This document shows positions 32,216 to 42,592 of a DNA stretch of 64,000 bases, piece by piece. Position 1 is the stretch's first letter. Each line of letters opens with the position of its first letter. The notes under the pieces were generated by a model. That model was not told where the DNA came from. It worked only from the letters and a program-made list of their open reading frames with translations, and ran no database searches. Both the position numbers and the translations under genes were made by a program. The stretch is from an uncultured Nitrospiraceae bacterium (GTDB lineage: Bacteria; Nitrospirota; Nitrospiria; Nitrospirales; Nitrospiraceae), in NCBI GenBank assembly GCA_963706325.1, contig CAVPLT010000001.1:128001-192000 (forward strand), in the 5' to 3' direction.

Positions 32216-32241
32216 TAGACTTACTACCATGCTCTCTCAGA

Positions 32242-32712
32242 CTAGACCACGCCGCCTTGTCGCTTCCATTCTCGCATCGCCTGAAACGCCTCACCCGGCA
32301 GCACCTGATGGTGCGTCATGTGCCCTCCTTGCCCCATTGCACATACCTCTTCGTACAGGGCTTGATCGCCAAATCCAACCTGTTCCGCTCTCGCCGACGA
32401 GCAGCCGAAATAGATCGTACGGATGCCCGACCAGTAAATGGCACTCAGACACATGGGACAGGGTTGACAGGACGCATAGATGACACACTGCCCGAGTTCA
32501 GTTGTGGCCGCTTTCCGACACGCTCTCCGTATGGCAACGATTTCAGCATGGGCCGTCGGGTCCTTGTCGAGCATCGTGCGGTTAAATCCGCGAGCGATGA
32601 TTCTTCCGCCAGATACAATCACGGCCCCGAATGGTCGTCCGTTTGGCCTGCCCGCTTGACTTCGTGCCAGTTGAATCGCAAGGCGCATGAATATGGAGTG
32701 CTGACTTCTCAT
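32242..32712 (-). CDS. Nucleoside/guanine deaminase (CDA superfamily)
   Basis: PFGAVIV, DPTAHAE and PCPMCLSAIYW zinc motifs. Confidence 0.92.
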   Translation of the reverse strand: MRSQHSIFMRLAIQLARSQAGRPNGRPFGAVIVSGGRIIARGFNRTMLDKDPTAHAEIVAIRRACRKAATTELGQCVIYASCQPCPMCLSAIYWSGIRTIYFGCSSARAEQVGFGDQALYEEVCAMGQGGHMTHHQVLPGEAFQAMREWKRQGGVV

Positions 32713-33027
32713 ATCTCTGTCTCACCTTGATCTGAAATTGTCGGTTAATATCACTTGCAGGTGGGCTGAAGAAGAAGCCGCCAAAGGTGAGGTGGAGTAG
32801 GAGATCGAGGGCTTAATACAGGGCATTCACTGTAGCGTCAATGTGCCCTGCCAAGAGTGCTTAGTTGTTAATTTTCTCGGCACGAAGTCGTAGCGAGGAG
32901 TGAAGAGCCCAGAGGGTGGCCTTACGGCCACCCTTCTCGTGAGGTGAACGCTAAAAGGTATCAGGCTTTTTCAAGAAACTCCTGTCCCCGCGTCTCGGAT
33001 CCGGATCGAAATCCCACAGAATAATTT

Positions 33028-33615
33028 CTAGGACTTTCTCGTGTAGGTGATTTCCATCATCTGCTCTTCCTGGCCGCCTTTCTCGTCGGTGCCGTACATT
33101 TCAAAAACATGGGATTTCTCATCGAGGATCTTCAGGACCGAGCGCAGTTTCATATGGCCTCGCAGCGGACACATGTACTCGCCTTGTTGAGTGATGATCT
33201 TCGCATCCCCCGCTGTGCCTTCCATCACATGCAGCGTGGTGGCCATGTTATCCATCCAAGTGCTCGTATATTTCTTGGAAGTGTTGTCGTAGCCCGTGAT
33301 GCCCATGCCTTCAAACTGCTTCCCCATCATCTCGCCCGTGCACTTCTGCTTCAAGAAGCGTCCGTCCATGACCATCTTGTACTCACAACTTCCCGTGGTT
33401 TCCATCGGAGGCTTATTCGGCTCAACCCACGATTTGGTCTTCGTATCCCACTTGCCTTCCAAGCTTGCCATCTGCTTGTGCTGTTCGCCTGGGGCCCCTG
33501 CCTTCTCAAACTTTTCCATCATTACTTTCATGTCCGGCTTCTGCTCATCGGCCACCGCCAATGAGGCCGAAAGCATTATTCCTAAACCCATGAGCATCAT
33601 CCTCGCGAATCGCAT
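33028..33615 (-). CDS. DUF1579-family exported protein
   Basis: Signal peptide; PGEQHK..LEGKW, GRFL, GITGYDN..KKY.STWMDNM and MEITYTRK. Confidence 0.9.
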   Translation of the reverse strand: MRFARMMLMGLGIMLSASLAVADEQKPDMKVMMEKFEKAGAPGEQHKQMASLEGKWDTKTKSWVEPNKPPMETTGSCEYKMVMDGRFLKQKCTGEMMGKQFEGMGITGYDNTSKKYTSTWMDNMATTLHVMEGTAGDAKIITQQGEYMCPLRGHMKLRSVLKILDEKSHVFEMYGTDEKGGQEEQMMEITYTRKS

Positions 33616-34219
33616 TACTGTCTCCTTTGTAAGGGTTGATTAAACGGTGAGACCTAGTCTAATTGGGCATCGACGCCCCGCATATGTAAGTAACTGCGCC
33701 TGAGCATTACCCTGTTTGTGTGAAGATAGAATTGCCAGCCGGCCACAGAAAATACTTTTGGCCATTCGAGAGATAGACCTTCTCAACGCATTTCAATCTA
33801 CAAAGCGAAGGCTCTGATTAGGTTTCTTTTTATCTGGCGAGAGGAATACTTCTTACTAGGGAAAGCCATAGTTCTTCGCTGAGGTTGTCTGCCCCAATCC
33901 AGTGCCCATCGCGATACGCGCCGCTGGTCAGCGATTACGGTCAAAGACGCTTCCTTAGGGAGAGATATTCCAGGGCCCTCCCCAGTGGTGCCTGACGTCG
34001 GTATCGCACAATAGCCCTGGTTGTGACAGGTCAATGATGACGAGCAATTACTCCCACGGCGGGCACGGCTGGAACTTGAAACTGTGGGCGGATGTTTCCC
34101 TACTATAAACTGCGTACTCTTGCCTCAATTTGTGCTATAACTTGCCCTACAGGACAGATGCGCTAGAAATCGCAAAGGCGAGAAAATCGGTTAACCCATC
34201 GGAAGATCAGGGGAAAAGT

Positions 34220-34297
34220 TGGTGGTCCCAACGGGATTTGAACCCGTGTCTGAGCCTTGAGAGGGCTCCGTCCTAGGCCAAGCTAGACGATGGGACC
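34220..34297 (-). tRNA. tRNA-Glu (anticodon CTC)
   Basis: GGTCCCA acceptor, GAGCC-CT-CTC-AA-GGCTC anticodon arm, GTTCAAATC T-loop, encoded CCA. Confidence 0.97.
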
Positions 34298-34458
34298 GAT
34301 AAGACATTCCAACCGAACGTCGGCAAGGAGGGAACTGTACCATAGCGAGTTTTCTCTTTTCAAACGGCAAGTGGAATATGGACGAGGTGCCTCAGGCTAC
34401 GTTGAGTTTGCCGGACATGCCGCTTGCGCCGACCTGTTAAGTAGACTAGAGTAGTTTT

Positions 34459-34902
34459 ATGTCCTCTTTGTCTCAATGTGCGACTGGCACTCGAATCCTA
34501 CTGACCTCAGGAATGGTTTCAGCATTTCTTGCGCTAGCGGGATGCGGAGCCAGCTTTCTGGAAGGAACCATTGCGCCCCCCTATTCAAGCGCCTGGACCA
34601 AATGCGGCACCACCAGTAAGGTGCGCGTCAAGCCTTCCCACTCCTCTGTCACCATTTCCTACACTGAGCCTACAACTGGCACCGACGGAAAACCCCTGAA
34701 GAACCTCTCCCACACGACGATTTACTACAATACCGGTGACGGGCCCGTGATCGCCAAGGTTATTCCTGCTTCACAGAAGAGCGGAGGGGGATCAGTATCT
34801 CAAACTGTCTCCATCCCTGTGCAAAGCCAGCAAGAGCAGGAGGTCACGGTGTGTGTGTCAGCGACCGATGACGATGACCGTGAAGGCCCTGCCTCTCCCT
34901 AG
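34459..34902 (+). CDS. Putative lipoprotein (Fn3/Ig-like beta-rich)
   Basis: LAGC lipobox; YTEP..DG.PL.NL....IYY pattern. Confidence 0.75.
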   Translation: MSSLSQCATGTRILLTSGMVSAFLALAGCGASFLEGTIAPPYSSAWTKCGTTSKVRVKPSHSSVTISYTEPTTGTDGKPLKNLSHTTIYYNTGDGPVIAKVIPASQKSGGGSVSQTVSIPVQSQQEQEVTVCVSATDDDDREGPASP

Positions 34903-35030
34903 CTCCACATCCCACAACAGACTTGACAGCGCCTCTGTAACAGCCTACCTTTCTCACCACTTATTCGGGCGAAACAGAGTGCTCGAATACCTCTTTCAAC
35001 GGATCGTCAGGTCGCCCTAGTTCGGCACGC

Positions 35031-35555
35031 ATGGAACTAAGAAAACCGGAGACATCAAGTCTTCCCCACCATACCGAATCGGATCACATCAAGCACAGCC
35101 TCGAAATCCGCCTCGGCAGCAACATTTTCCGCAACACGAACGGTGTCCTCCGCGTGCAAGGCAAAGAACAGCTTGTCCTCGAGCTCAGTCCCGATCACGA
35201 TCGCATCCTGCTCACTATCGATTTGTACGACGGCAGCGGCAATCATGTAGCGCACCTCCGTCGCAATCGCTGGGCATTCAACGACGGCGCCCGCTTCATC
35301 CTCAGCACGAGTGAATCCCCGCCGACCCTGTTCCCTAATCTGCCTTGGTTAAAGGTGACGGAGCAGGAAACCGGTGACACGGTACTTGAAGCCGCTCTGG
35401 CACCGGGGGAGAAAATTCAGGTGGCCACAGGGAAGTTCTACTCGCATCGCGGCCAACTCATCGAAATCACTTCTCATTTCTGCCGGGTCGGCTCTACCCA
35501 CACGCTCTTCGGTGAGGTATTCGAAGCGCGCGGCGGGACTGCGGTGCTCGGCTGA
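35031..35555 (+). CDS. Hypothetical protein
   Basis: 174-aa ORF with beta-rich composition; TTGACA upstream at ~34923. Confidence 0.8.
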   Translation: MELRKPETSSLPHHTESDHIKHSLEIRLGSNIFRNTNGVLRVQGKEQLVLELSPDHDRILLTIDLYDGSGNHVAHLRRNRWAFNDGARFILSTSESPPTLFPNLPWLKVTEQETGDTVLEAALAPGEKIQVATGKFYSHRGQLIEITSHFCRVGSTHTLFGEVFEARGGTAVLG

Positions 35556-35570
35556 GGAGAGTCGGTTGGC

Positions 35571-35977
35571 ATGAACCACATCTGCACGACCACTGTGCAC
35601 GCCTTCTTGGTCTGCGACTGCGTCATTGAAGACAGCCTGACGAAAAATCTTTTTTAGGCATCTTCACTCACATCCAGCTTTGTCGTTTCCTTTTCAGCAC
35701 CCACAATTGGGCTTGTACTTTTGCATGACCGACGCTGTGGGAACCTACAAATTCGATATCGACCTCGTGTACGTGAGAAGCCATCAACTCATTTGCTGCG
35801 CCGCACTTCCCACATCGTCATTGGCGACCGCTTACAGATTTCCGATTTCGGCACCAATATTCCCCCCCTCGTGTTTCCGGCCCCCGGCCGCTATGATTTC
35901 GCTTGCGCTCGGACGGCCATGTGATCGCACAAAAAGATTTCAATGTCATCCAGCTGTCGGCGCCGGCCAACAACTAG
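35571..35977 (+). pseudogene. DUF6941-like protein with several frameshifts
   Basis: AFLVCDCVIED / GIFTHIQ..FPFQHPQLGLYF / FPAPGRY / IAQKDF segments lie in different frames; GAGGAG RBS. Confidence 0.7.
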
Positions 35978-36081
35978 CGTATCCACGCCACAACTGATTT
36001 GGGGTGCGGCTATTTGATTGGACTCAACGATGCGGAATAGGCAGACTCAAAGGGAAGCAGTACCTTCGCGAGAGGATTCGT

Positions 36082-37227
36082 TCAGAACGCGGTGGCGCTT
36101 GCCAAACAGGCGTCGACGTACTCGTCTTCGCCTTTGCGGCAGGCTTGCGCCCGTTTGCCTTTATCGTCGAAGAGAGGTACTACCATTTCGCCAATAGTGG
36201 CATAGCAGTCTTTCTTGAAGGGTCCCTCCAGGCTTCGGCATAGCGCGAGGCCCGGATCTGGGCTGGCATCGGTGAGTATAAAATCCTTGACCGCGCCGAT
36301 GAAACATTGCCGCACTTGATCGCCCTGCCCGAGTCGGCAGAGCTCATTGACCCGGCCGGCGTCGCGCAACGTAAAGCCGCTGATGTCTCGACCCAGGCTT
36401 CTGTAACACGTCGTCTGATGCTCTCCTTCCACGCGAGCACACTGGGAGAAGGCCTGAGCAAAATCATAATTCAGGAACGTCAACACCGCGGAGGTCTGCA
36501 TCAGATAACAGGCGCGCAGATATTTTTCGTTCAGGACGGAACAGGGATACAACAGGTCTTGTGGATTCAAAAAACTCGTCGCCTCGTGGTGATGGTGCCC
36601 GCCGGACGGTGCGGCCCGTCGGGCCTGCTGGAACGTGACAATATTCTCCATAAACACACCGCCATAACACGACTCGCGATCCCAAGGCCCTTGCAATGCG
36701 TCGCAAAAGGCCAGACTTTTGAGCAGATCATAGCGGAATTGAATGGTCAAACCATGACCGAGACCATGCAAACAGTTGTACCGCTGAAAGGAATAGGCGG
36801 ACACCGTTTCGCTGGTGGGGCAAAGAGGCAAAATATGCTGAGGTTCGACTTCGGATAGGCTGCTCAGGAAACCCTGTAACACACCATGGTAACAACCGGA
36901 CCAGAACACGTCTCGGCAATGCGACAGGGCGAGCGGAGCCGTCCCATACCGCGCGAACGACCGTTGCCCAATATGGTGGACCAGTGGATGCGCTTCACGC
37001 ATCGCCTCGGGGTCTTGCGCGGTGATCTGTTCCAGCGCCGTGAGAGCCTGCTCCGTGCCCTCCGTCTCGAGGACACTTTCAAGATGCCGTTGATAGCACG
37101 GCATCTTCGCATCAAAAGCCAGCGTACGACAAACATCCGAAGAGGCAAGCTCTTCCGCCTGGATTCCACCGACGCAAAAGATGCCAAGCCATAGTACGAG
37201 CATCCACCTCTGCCATCGACATGTCAC
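36082..37227 (-). CDS. Exported Cys/His-rich repeat protein
   Basis: Signal peptide; HPLVHHIG, GCYHG, CLHGLGHG and CYGGVFME plus regularly spaced Cys pairs; AAGGAG before GTG. Confidence 0.85.
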   Translation of the reverse strand: MTCRWQRWMLVLWLGIFCVGGIQAEELASSDVCRTLAFDAKMPCYQRHLESVLETEGTEQALTALEQITAQDPEAMREAHPLVHHIGQRSFARYGTAPLALSHCRDVFWSGCYHGVLQGFLSSLSEVEPQHILPLCPTSETVSAYSFQRYNCLHGLGHGLTIQFRYDLLKSLAFCDALQGPWDRESCYGGVFMENIVTFQQARRAAPSGGHHHHEATSFLNPQDLLYPCSVLNEKYLRACYLMQTSAVLTFLNYDFAQAFSQCARVEGEHQTTCYRSLGRDISGFTLRDAGRVNELCRLGQGDQVRQCFIGAVKDFILTDASPDPGLALCRSLEGPFKKDCYATIGEMVVPLFDDKGKRAQACRKGEDEYVDACLASATAF

Positions 37228-37426
37228 AATCCAGTCTCCTTCAAATAATCGGCCACACATTCAATACGCGTCAGAAACTTTGATTCTAAGATAGACTATT
37301 CAACCGATCCACCAAAATGTGACTCGACACGGCAGCCCCGATCTGTGCCCCCTCTTCTCCCGCCCCGCTATTCTGTGATAGAACCATGCGCGTTTCGTCG
37401 TTCGCTCCCCACGGAACACCACGACC

Positions 37427-39130
37427 ATGTCCACTGATCCATTATCTTTCGCGCGCACCGATTTCATTCGTGAGATCGTGGCTAGCGACCGCGCGGCCGG
37501 TAAACATGCCGGCCGGGTCGTCACCCGCTTCCCCCCGGAACCCAACGGCTATCTCCATATCGGTCATGCCAAATCGATTTGCCTGAACTTCGGTATCGCC
37601 AACGAGAATCCAGGCGGAATCTGCCATCTCCGCATGGATGATACCAACCCGACGACTGAAGATCTTGAATTTGTGCAAGCCATTCAGGACGATGTCCGAT
37701 GGCTCGGATTCGACTGGCAAGACAAAATGTTTTTCGCCTCCGACTACTTTGAGCGCCTCTATGCATACGCGGTGGCGTTGATCAGGAAAAACTGCGCCTA
37801 TGTGGACAGCCTCTCTGCCGACGAAATGCGCCGATATCGAGGCACGTTGACTGAGCCGGGCCAGGCTAGTCCGTTTCGCACGCGAGGCCTGGAAGAAAAC
37901 CTCGACCTCTTTCGCCGGATGCGCGCGGGGGAATTCCCTGACGGCACACATGTGCTCCGCGCCAAGATCGACATGGCCTCGCCGAACATCAATCTCCGTG
38001 ATCCCGTGCTGTATCGCATCAGACATGTCGCGCACTATCGCACCGGCACAACCTGGTGCATCTATCCGGCATATGATTTCGCGCATCCGCTCTCTGATGC
38101 TATCGAAGGCATCACCCATTCAATTTGCACGTTGGAATTCGAAGACCATCGGCCGTTGTATGACTGGGTGGTCGAACAGTGCGAGACTCCGCAACGCCCG
38201 CAGCAAATCGAGTTTGCCCGGTTGAATGTCAGCTTCACGGTCATGAGCAAGAGAAAATTGCTCGACCTGGTGGAGCGCAAGCTGGTCATGGGCTGGGACG
38301 ATCCGCGTCTCCCCACGCTGAAGGGTCTGCGGCGCCGCGGATTCACTCCCGAGGCTCTGCGCGCGTTCTGCGACGCGATCGGTGTGGCGAAGCGAGATGC
38401 CGTTGTGGAGATGCAGCTCCTGGAACATTTTGTTCGGGAAGACTTAAACAAGCGCGCCCCTCGAGTGATGGCCGTGCTCCGCCCCTTGCGCCTGGTTATC
38501 GAGAATTACCCTGAGGGTCAGGTCGAACAGCTTGACGCTGTCAACAATCCCGAAGATCCCTCTGCCGGCACACGTCAGGTGCCCTTCTCACGCACCATCT
38601 ACATTGACCAGGATGATTTCAAAGAGGATCCGCCGAAACAGTTTTTTCGCCTGACCCTGGGTCGTGAGGTGCGGTTGCGTTACGCGTACATCATTAAATG
38701 TGTCGGCCTGGTGAAAGACCCGGTCTCGGGGGAAGTGACGGAACTGCGGTGCACCTATGACCAGGAGACCCGAAGCGGTGGGCCACAGGCACAACGGAAG
38801 GTGAAAGCCACCATCCATTGGGTGTCAGCCCTCCATGCCGTCGATGCCGAGATACGGCTCTACGAAAGTTTGATGCTCACGGATCCCGGGAAAATTCCGC
38901 CCGATCAGGACTGGACCCAGCACCTCAATCCCCATTCTCTGGAGCGCCTGCCGGCCTGCAAAGTCGAGCCAAGCCTGGCCTCAATCGCCCCCGGCACCAG
39001 AGTCCAATTTGAACGGGTGGGGTACTTCTGTGCGGACCCCGATTCCTCTCCCGGCCAGCTCGTCTTTAATCGAACCGTCACTCTCAAAGACGCCTACGCT
39101 AAGATCGAAAAGGCTCAAGCTCTGCGGTAA
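37427..39130 (+). CDS. glnS: Glutamine--tRNA ligase
   Basis: [27 protein letters not shown] and QFERVGYF. Confidence 0.97.
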   Translation: MSTDPLSFARTDFIREIVASDRAAGKHAGRVVTRFPPEPNGYLHIGHAKSICLNFGIANENPGGICHLRMDDTNPTTEDLEFVQAIQDDVRWLGFDWQDKMFFASDYFERLYAYAVALIRKNCAYVDSLSADEMRRYRGTLTEPGQASPFRTRGLEENLDLFRRMRAGEFPDGTHVLRAKIDMASPNINLRDPVLYRIRHVAHYRTGTTWCIYPAYDFAHPLSDAIEGITHSICTLEFEDHRPLYDWVVEQCETPQRPQQIEFARLNVSFTVMSKRKLLDLVERKLVMGWDDPRLPTLKGLRRRGFTPEALRAFCDAIGVAKRDAVVEMQLLEHFVREDLNKRAPRVMAVLRPLRLVIENYPEGQVEQLDAVNNPEDPSAGTRQVPFSRTIYIDQDDFKEDPPKQFFRLTLGREVRLRYAYIIKCVGLVKDPVSGEVTELRCTYDQETRSGGPQAQRKVKATIHWVSALHAVDAEIRLYESLMLTDPGKIPPDQDWTQHLNPHSLERLPACKVEPSLASIAPGTRVQFERVGYFCADPDSSPGQLVFNRTVTLKDAYAKIEKAQALR

Positions 39131-39261
39131 CCAACTCCGCTCTCCTTCCCACGCAAAGTACTGGCACTCCAGCCTTCGGCAGCCTTGAACATCTCCTGGG
39201 CCATGGATGAAAATCACCACTCACGCCGCCGGCAACCATTTATCCATAACGGAGGCCCAAG

Positions 39262-39597
39262 ATGGTGACGCGATCAAGCTGTGAAAACCGAGAGTCCGAA
39301 GGCGCTTCATTCCGCGAATGCCTCTCACAGCTGGAAGCCGTTATTCCGGGCGCGGCCATTGACGTACAACCGCTACTCTTTCGCATCCACCAGTCCGCTC
39401 GTCGGCTCCATGATCAACTGCAGCGCATCGATACTGCCCCGCCGTTACCTCGCACCCTCGTCAGCCAAGTTCGCTGCTTTGATTGCGGAACGACCAACAT
39501 GGAATCTTTTCACAGCTCGACCCAAGGCGGTTACCATCTCTGTCCGACCTGCTTTCAGGACCGCTTACGCACTGGCCGCGCTAAGACCGCGCACTGA
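39262..39597 (+). CDS. Hypothetical protein with C-terminal zinc finger
   Basis: CFDC...CPTC; GGAGG RBS. Confidence 0.7.
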   Translation: MVTRSSCENRESEGASFRECLSQLEAVIPGAAIDVQPLLFRIHQSARRLHDQLQRIDTAPPLPRTLVSQVRCFDCGTTNMESFHSSTQGGYHLCPTCFQDRLRTGRAKTAH

Positions 39598-39746
39598 CCT
39601 TCGCCTCCCGCTAGTGCTCGACAGACCCCACCACTCACACTATCGGTGACCTCGCAGATCAACAAGCCTGCCGAAGGCGCTAGCCCCCAGCCGCCCTTAC
39701 ACCGTATACTGCACTCTTTCCTTCTCTCACGTGAGGTATCTAGGTT

Positions 39747-41576
39747 ATGGCCCCGAACATTCTGTTGAGTTGCGAATCGATCAGCAAAAGCTATGGGGTC
39801 AGAGCGCTGTTCTCAGACCTGTCCTTGGCACTTTCCGACGGCGATCACGTGGGATTGATCGGGCCGAACGGATCCGGCAAATCGACATTGCTTAAGATCC
39901 TCATGGGGCTCGAATCTCCAGATGAAGGCACGCGCACCCTGCGTCGCCACACACGCGTCGGCTATGTTCCGCAGGAACCCACATTTCCCGCGCACCATAC
40001 GATTGAACAGGTGCTCCAAGACACGCTGTCAGAAGACGGCCACGATCCTCACGAGCAGGGTGGCCGGATCGCGAGGGCCCTCAGCATCGGCGCCTTTCCC
40101 GACGCCGAGCAAGCGGTCTCCACACTTTCAGGAGGCTGGCGTAAGCGATTGGCCATCACCCAGGCCTTGCTGCTCGAGCCCGATGTGTTGCTCATGGATG
40201 AGCCGACGAACCATTTGGACTTGGAAGGTATCCTCTGGCTGGAGCAACTGCTGAAGAACCGCACCAAAGCCTTTCTGGTCATCAGCCACGATCGCCGGTT
40301 TCTCGAATCGGTCACGTCCCGCATGGTGGAGCTCAATCGCTGCTACCCGGAAGGCCGGTTTGAAGCCCACGGCTGCTACAGCGATTTTCTCGAACAGCGC
40401 GATGCCGCGCTCCAAGCGCAGGCCGACTATCAGGCTTCGTTGGCCAATCGCGTCCGACGTGAAGTCGAATGGCTCCGCCGCGGCCCTAAAGCCCGCACAA
40501 CCAAAGCCAAAGGTCGGATTCAATCAGCAGGAAAGCTCATCGACGAATTGAACCAGGCCGAAGCTCGTGCAACACAGTCGACCATCGGCATCGACTTCTC
40601 CGCCTCGGGCCGAAAGTCCAAACAACTCGTGGTTGCACAGAAGGTCACCAAGAGTTTCAACGATATACCCGTGGTGACGAATCTCGACCTGCTCCTCGGC
40701 CCAGGACAGCGACTGGGCCTCCTGGGCCCCAACGGCAGCGGCAAGACCACGCTACTGCGGTTACTTGCCGGTACGCTGGAGCCCGACTCTGGAACGATCA
40801 CGCGGGCTGAGGCATTGCGCATCGTCTCCTTTGAACAACATCGCGAGTCCCTGGACCAAGCCATCAGCTTGCGACGCGCTTTGGCCCCTGCAGGCGATGC
40901 GGTCGTCTATCAAGATCGTTCGATCCATCTGGCCTCATGGGCAAAACGCTTTCTCTTCCGTCCCGAGCAGCTCGATCTCCCGGTGTCGCGGCTGTCCGGC
41001 GGCGAACAGGCTAGGCTTCTCATCGCCCGGCTCATGCTACAGCCCGCAGACCTGCTCATCCTCGACGAGCCGACCAATGACTTGGATATCCCGACCCTGG
41101 AGGTGCTGGAAGATAGCTTGCTTGAATTTTCCGGCGCGCTGGTACTCGTCACTCACGACCGATGGCTGTTGGACCGCGTATCAACCATACTGCTCGCCCT
41201 GGATGGTACGGGCCGCGTGGACTGGTTCGCCGATTATGCCCAATGGGAGATGGCACAGGAACGTAGCGGTTCTTCTAGTACTCTACCGGATGGCAAGAAT
41301 GCAGATCCGGAGACGCAACCCGACCGGGCGCGACGACCGAAAAAATTGAGTTACCGTGAGCAGAAGGAATCTAGCACGATTGAAGGGGATATTCTAAAAG
41401 CGGAAGCGCAGGTCGCCACATCCGAGGCCGCGATGAACGATCCCGTCGTGCTGTCCGATGCGACCGAACTGCAGGCGCGCCACGCGGCGTGGGTGGCGGC
41501 ACAGGCGGAAGTGGAACGTTTGTACGCCCGCTGGGCAGAGTTGGATCGCAACCTGGCGAAGCTGGCGAAGCCCTAG
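39747..41576 (+). CDS. ABC-F family ATPase (Uup-like)
   Basis: Two NBDs (GPNGSGKS/T, LSGG, DEPTN), no TM segments, C-terminal coiled coil ending YARWAEL. Confidence 0.93.
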   Translation: MAPNILLSCESISKSYGVRALFSDLSLALSDGDHVGLIGPNGSGKSTLLKILMGLESPDEGTRTLRRHTRVGYVPQEPTFPAHHTIEQVLQDTLSEDGHDPHEQGGRIARALSIGAFPDAEQAVSTLSGGWRKRLAITQALLLEPDVLLMDEPTNHLDLEGILWLEQLLKNRTKAFLVISHDRRFLESVTSRMVELNRCYPEGRFEAHGCYSDFLEQRDAALQAQADYQASLANRVRREVEWLRRGPKARTTKAKGRIQSAGKLIDELNQAEARATQSTIGIDFSASGRKSKQLVVAQKVTKSFNDIPVVTNLDLLLGPGQRLGLLGPNGSGKTTLLRLLAGTLEPDSGTITRAEALRIVSFEQHRESLDQAISLRRALAPAGDAVVYQDRSIHLASWAKRFLFRPEQLDLPVSRLSGGEQARLLIARLMLQPADLLILDEPTNDLDIPTLEVLEDSLLEFSGALVLVTHDRWLLDRVSTILLALDGTGRVDWFADYAQWEMAQERSGSSSTLPDGKNADPETQPDRARRPKKLSYREQKESSTIEGDILKAEAQVATSEAAMNDPVVLSDATELQARHAAWVAAQAEVERLYARWAELDRNLAKLAKP

Positions 41577-41654
41577 CGAGGATTCGCCGGCTCATGGGGT
41601 GGAGCCCCGACATGGCAGTCACGCCGTGACGGAGCCCCACCAATTCGAAGAAGT

Positions 41655-42170
41655 TCAGTGGCTTTCCTTGTGTTTGCCTTCATGCAAATCGATGACGGTC
41701 CCCGCCTCGTTCAGTTCCACCGTCACTTCCGCACCCTCAGCCAAAGCCTTGGTCTTGGTCTCTTGCAGCAAAAGTGGAAACGTTTTCTCCCCTTCCGCCG
41801 TCTGTAGCTTGATCTCTTTTTTCATCAATCCCACATGCACGAGCTTTCCTGTGACATGTTTATGCTTACCCTTTTCCCCCGCAAGATGGACGTCAATCAA
41901 CGTGTTGTTCTCATTGACGGTGAAATCCACCTTGTCACCGACCTTGAACTCACGACCTTGCCGATGAGCCTCCCGTTCGCTTAAAGAATAGGTAGACCCC
42001 GTCTCGTCCTTAATGGCCAAATTGCCAGCCTTCTCGACCACTTCCCCCTTGTAGTGTCGATGCCCTCCCGCGCCCTTGTCGTCTGCAAACGAGACTCCGA
42101 CCATGCCCAACACCACTACACCGCAGGCCACCACCGTAACCACGAACCCTGAGATTCGCTTCACACTCAT
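41655..42170 (-). CDS. Exported protein with two OB-fold-like repeats
   Basis: Signal peptide; internal repeat H.KG......V...VNE..T.ID.H; AGGAGG RBS. Confidence 0.8.
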   Translation of the reverse strand: MSVKRISGFVVTVVACGVVVLGMVGVSFADDKGAGGHRHYKGEVVEKAGNLAIKDETGSTYSLSEREAHRQGREFKVGDKVDFTVNENNTLIDVHLAGEKGKHKHVTGKLVHVGLMKKEIKLQTAEGEKTFPLLLQETKTKALAEGAEVTVELNEAGTVIDLHEGKHKESH

Positions 42171-42321
42171 TTTAAGCCTCCTGGATTGAATGAATGAAAC
42201 CCGTCATCACCATGGTAATGATATTGCCGACGATAATCATGCTATTTTTAAGGCGAGCCTAAATGAAACAGGATGTATGATGAATGAATTGACTGTGACC
42301 GATGAGGCGTCGGAGAAATTG

Positions 42322-42395
42322 TGGCTGGGGGACTAGGAATCGAACCTAGGTAGCCGGCTCCAAAGGCCGGCGTCCTACCGCTAGACGATCCCCCA
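42322..42395 (-). tRNA. tRNA-Gln (anticodon TTG)
   Basis: TGGGGGA acceptor, CCGGC-CT-TTG-GA-GCCGG arm, GTTCGATT, CCA. Confidence 0.97.
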
Positions 42396-42448
42396 GCGCG
42401 GTACGGAACCAAGACGTCGAGCTGAAGAGTAACGCGTAGACAAGATTT

Positions 42449-42522
42449 TGGCTGGGGGACTAGGAATCGAACCTAGGTAGTCAGATCCAGAGACTGACGT
42501 CCTACCGCTAGACGATCCCCCA
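42449..42522 (-). tRNA. tRNA-Gln (anticodon CTG)
   Basis: Same body as the neighbouring tRNA; TCAGT-CT-CTG-GA-TCTGA arm; CCA. Confidence 0.96.
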
Positions 42523-42592
42523 ACCGGTCCACACAGTAATATAAGCCTCTCTACTCCGTCAAGATCGAGGCCGATTCTTGACTGACAGCCAC

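Noticed and set aside
31590..32294. 234-aa minus-strand ORF as one real gene
   Set aside because: Its N-terminal ~100 aa are the antisense of the repeat region and of the deaminase 3' flank; only the C-terminal part resembles CheB
33798..34034. Integrase remnant next to the tRNA
   Set aside because: No tyrosine- or serine-recombinase motifs found in the translated frames
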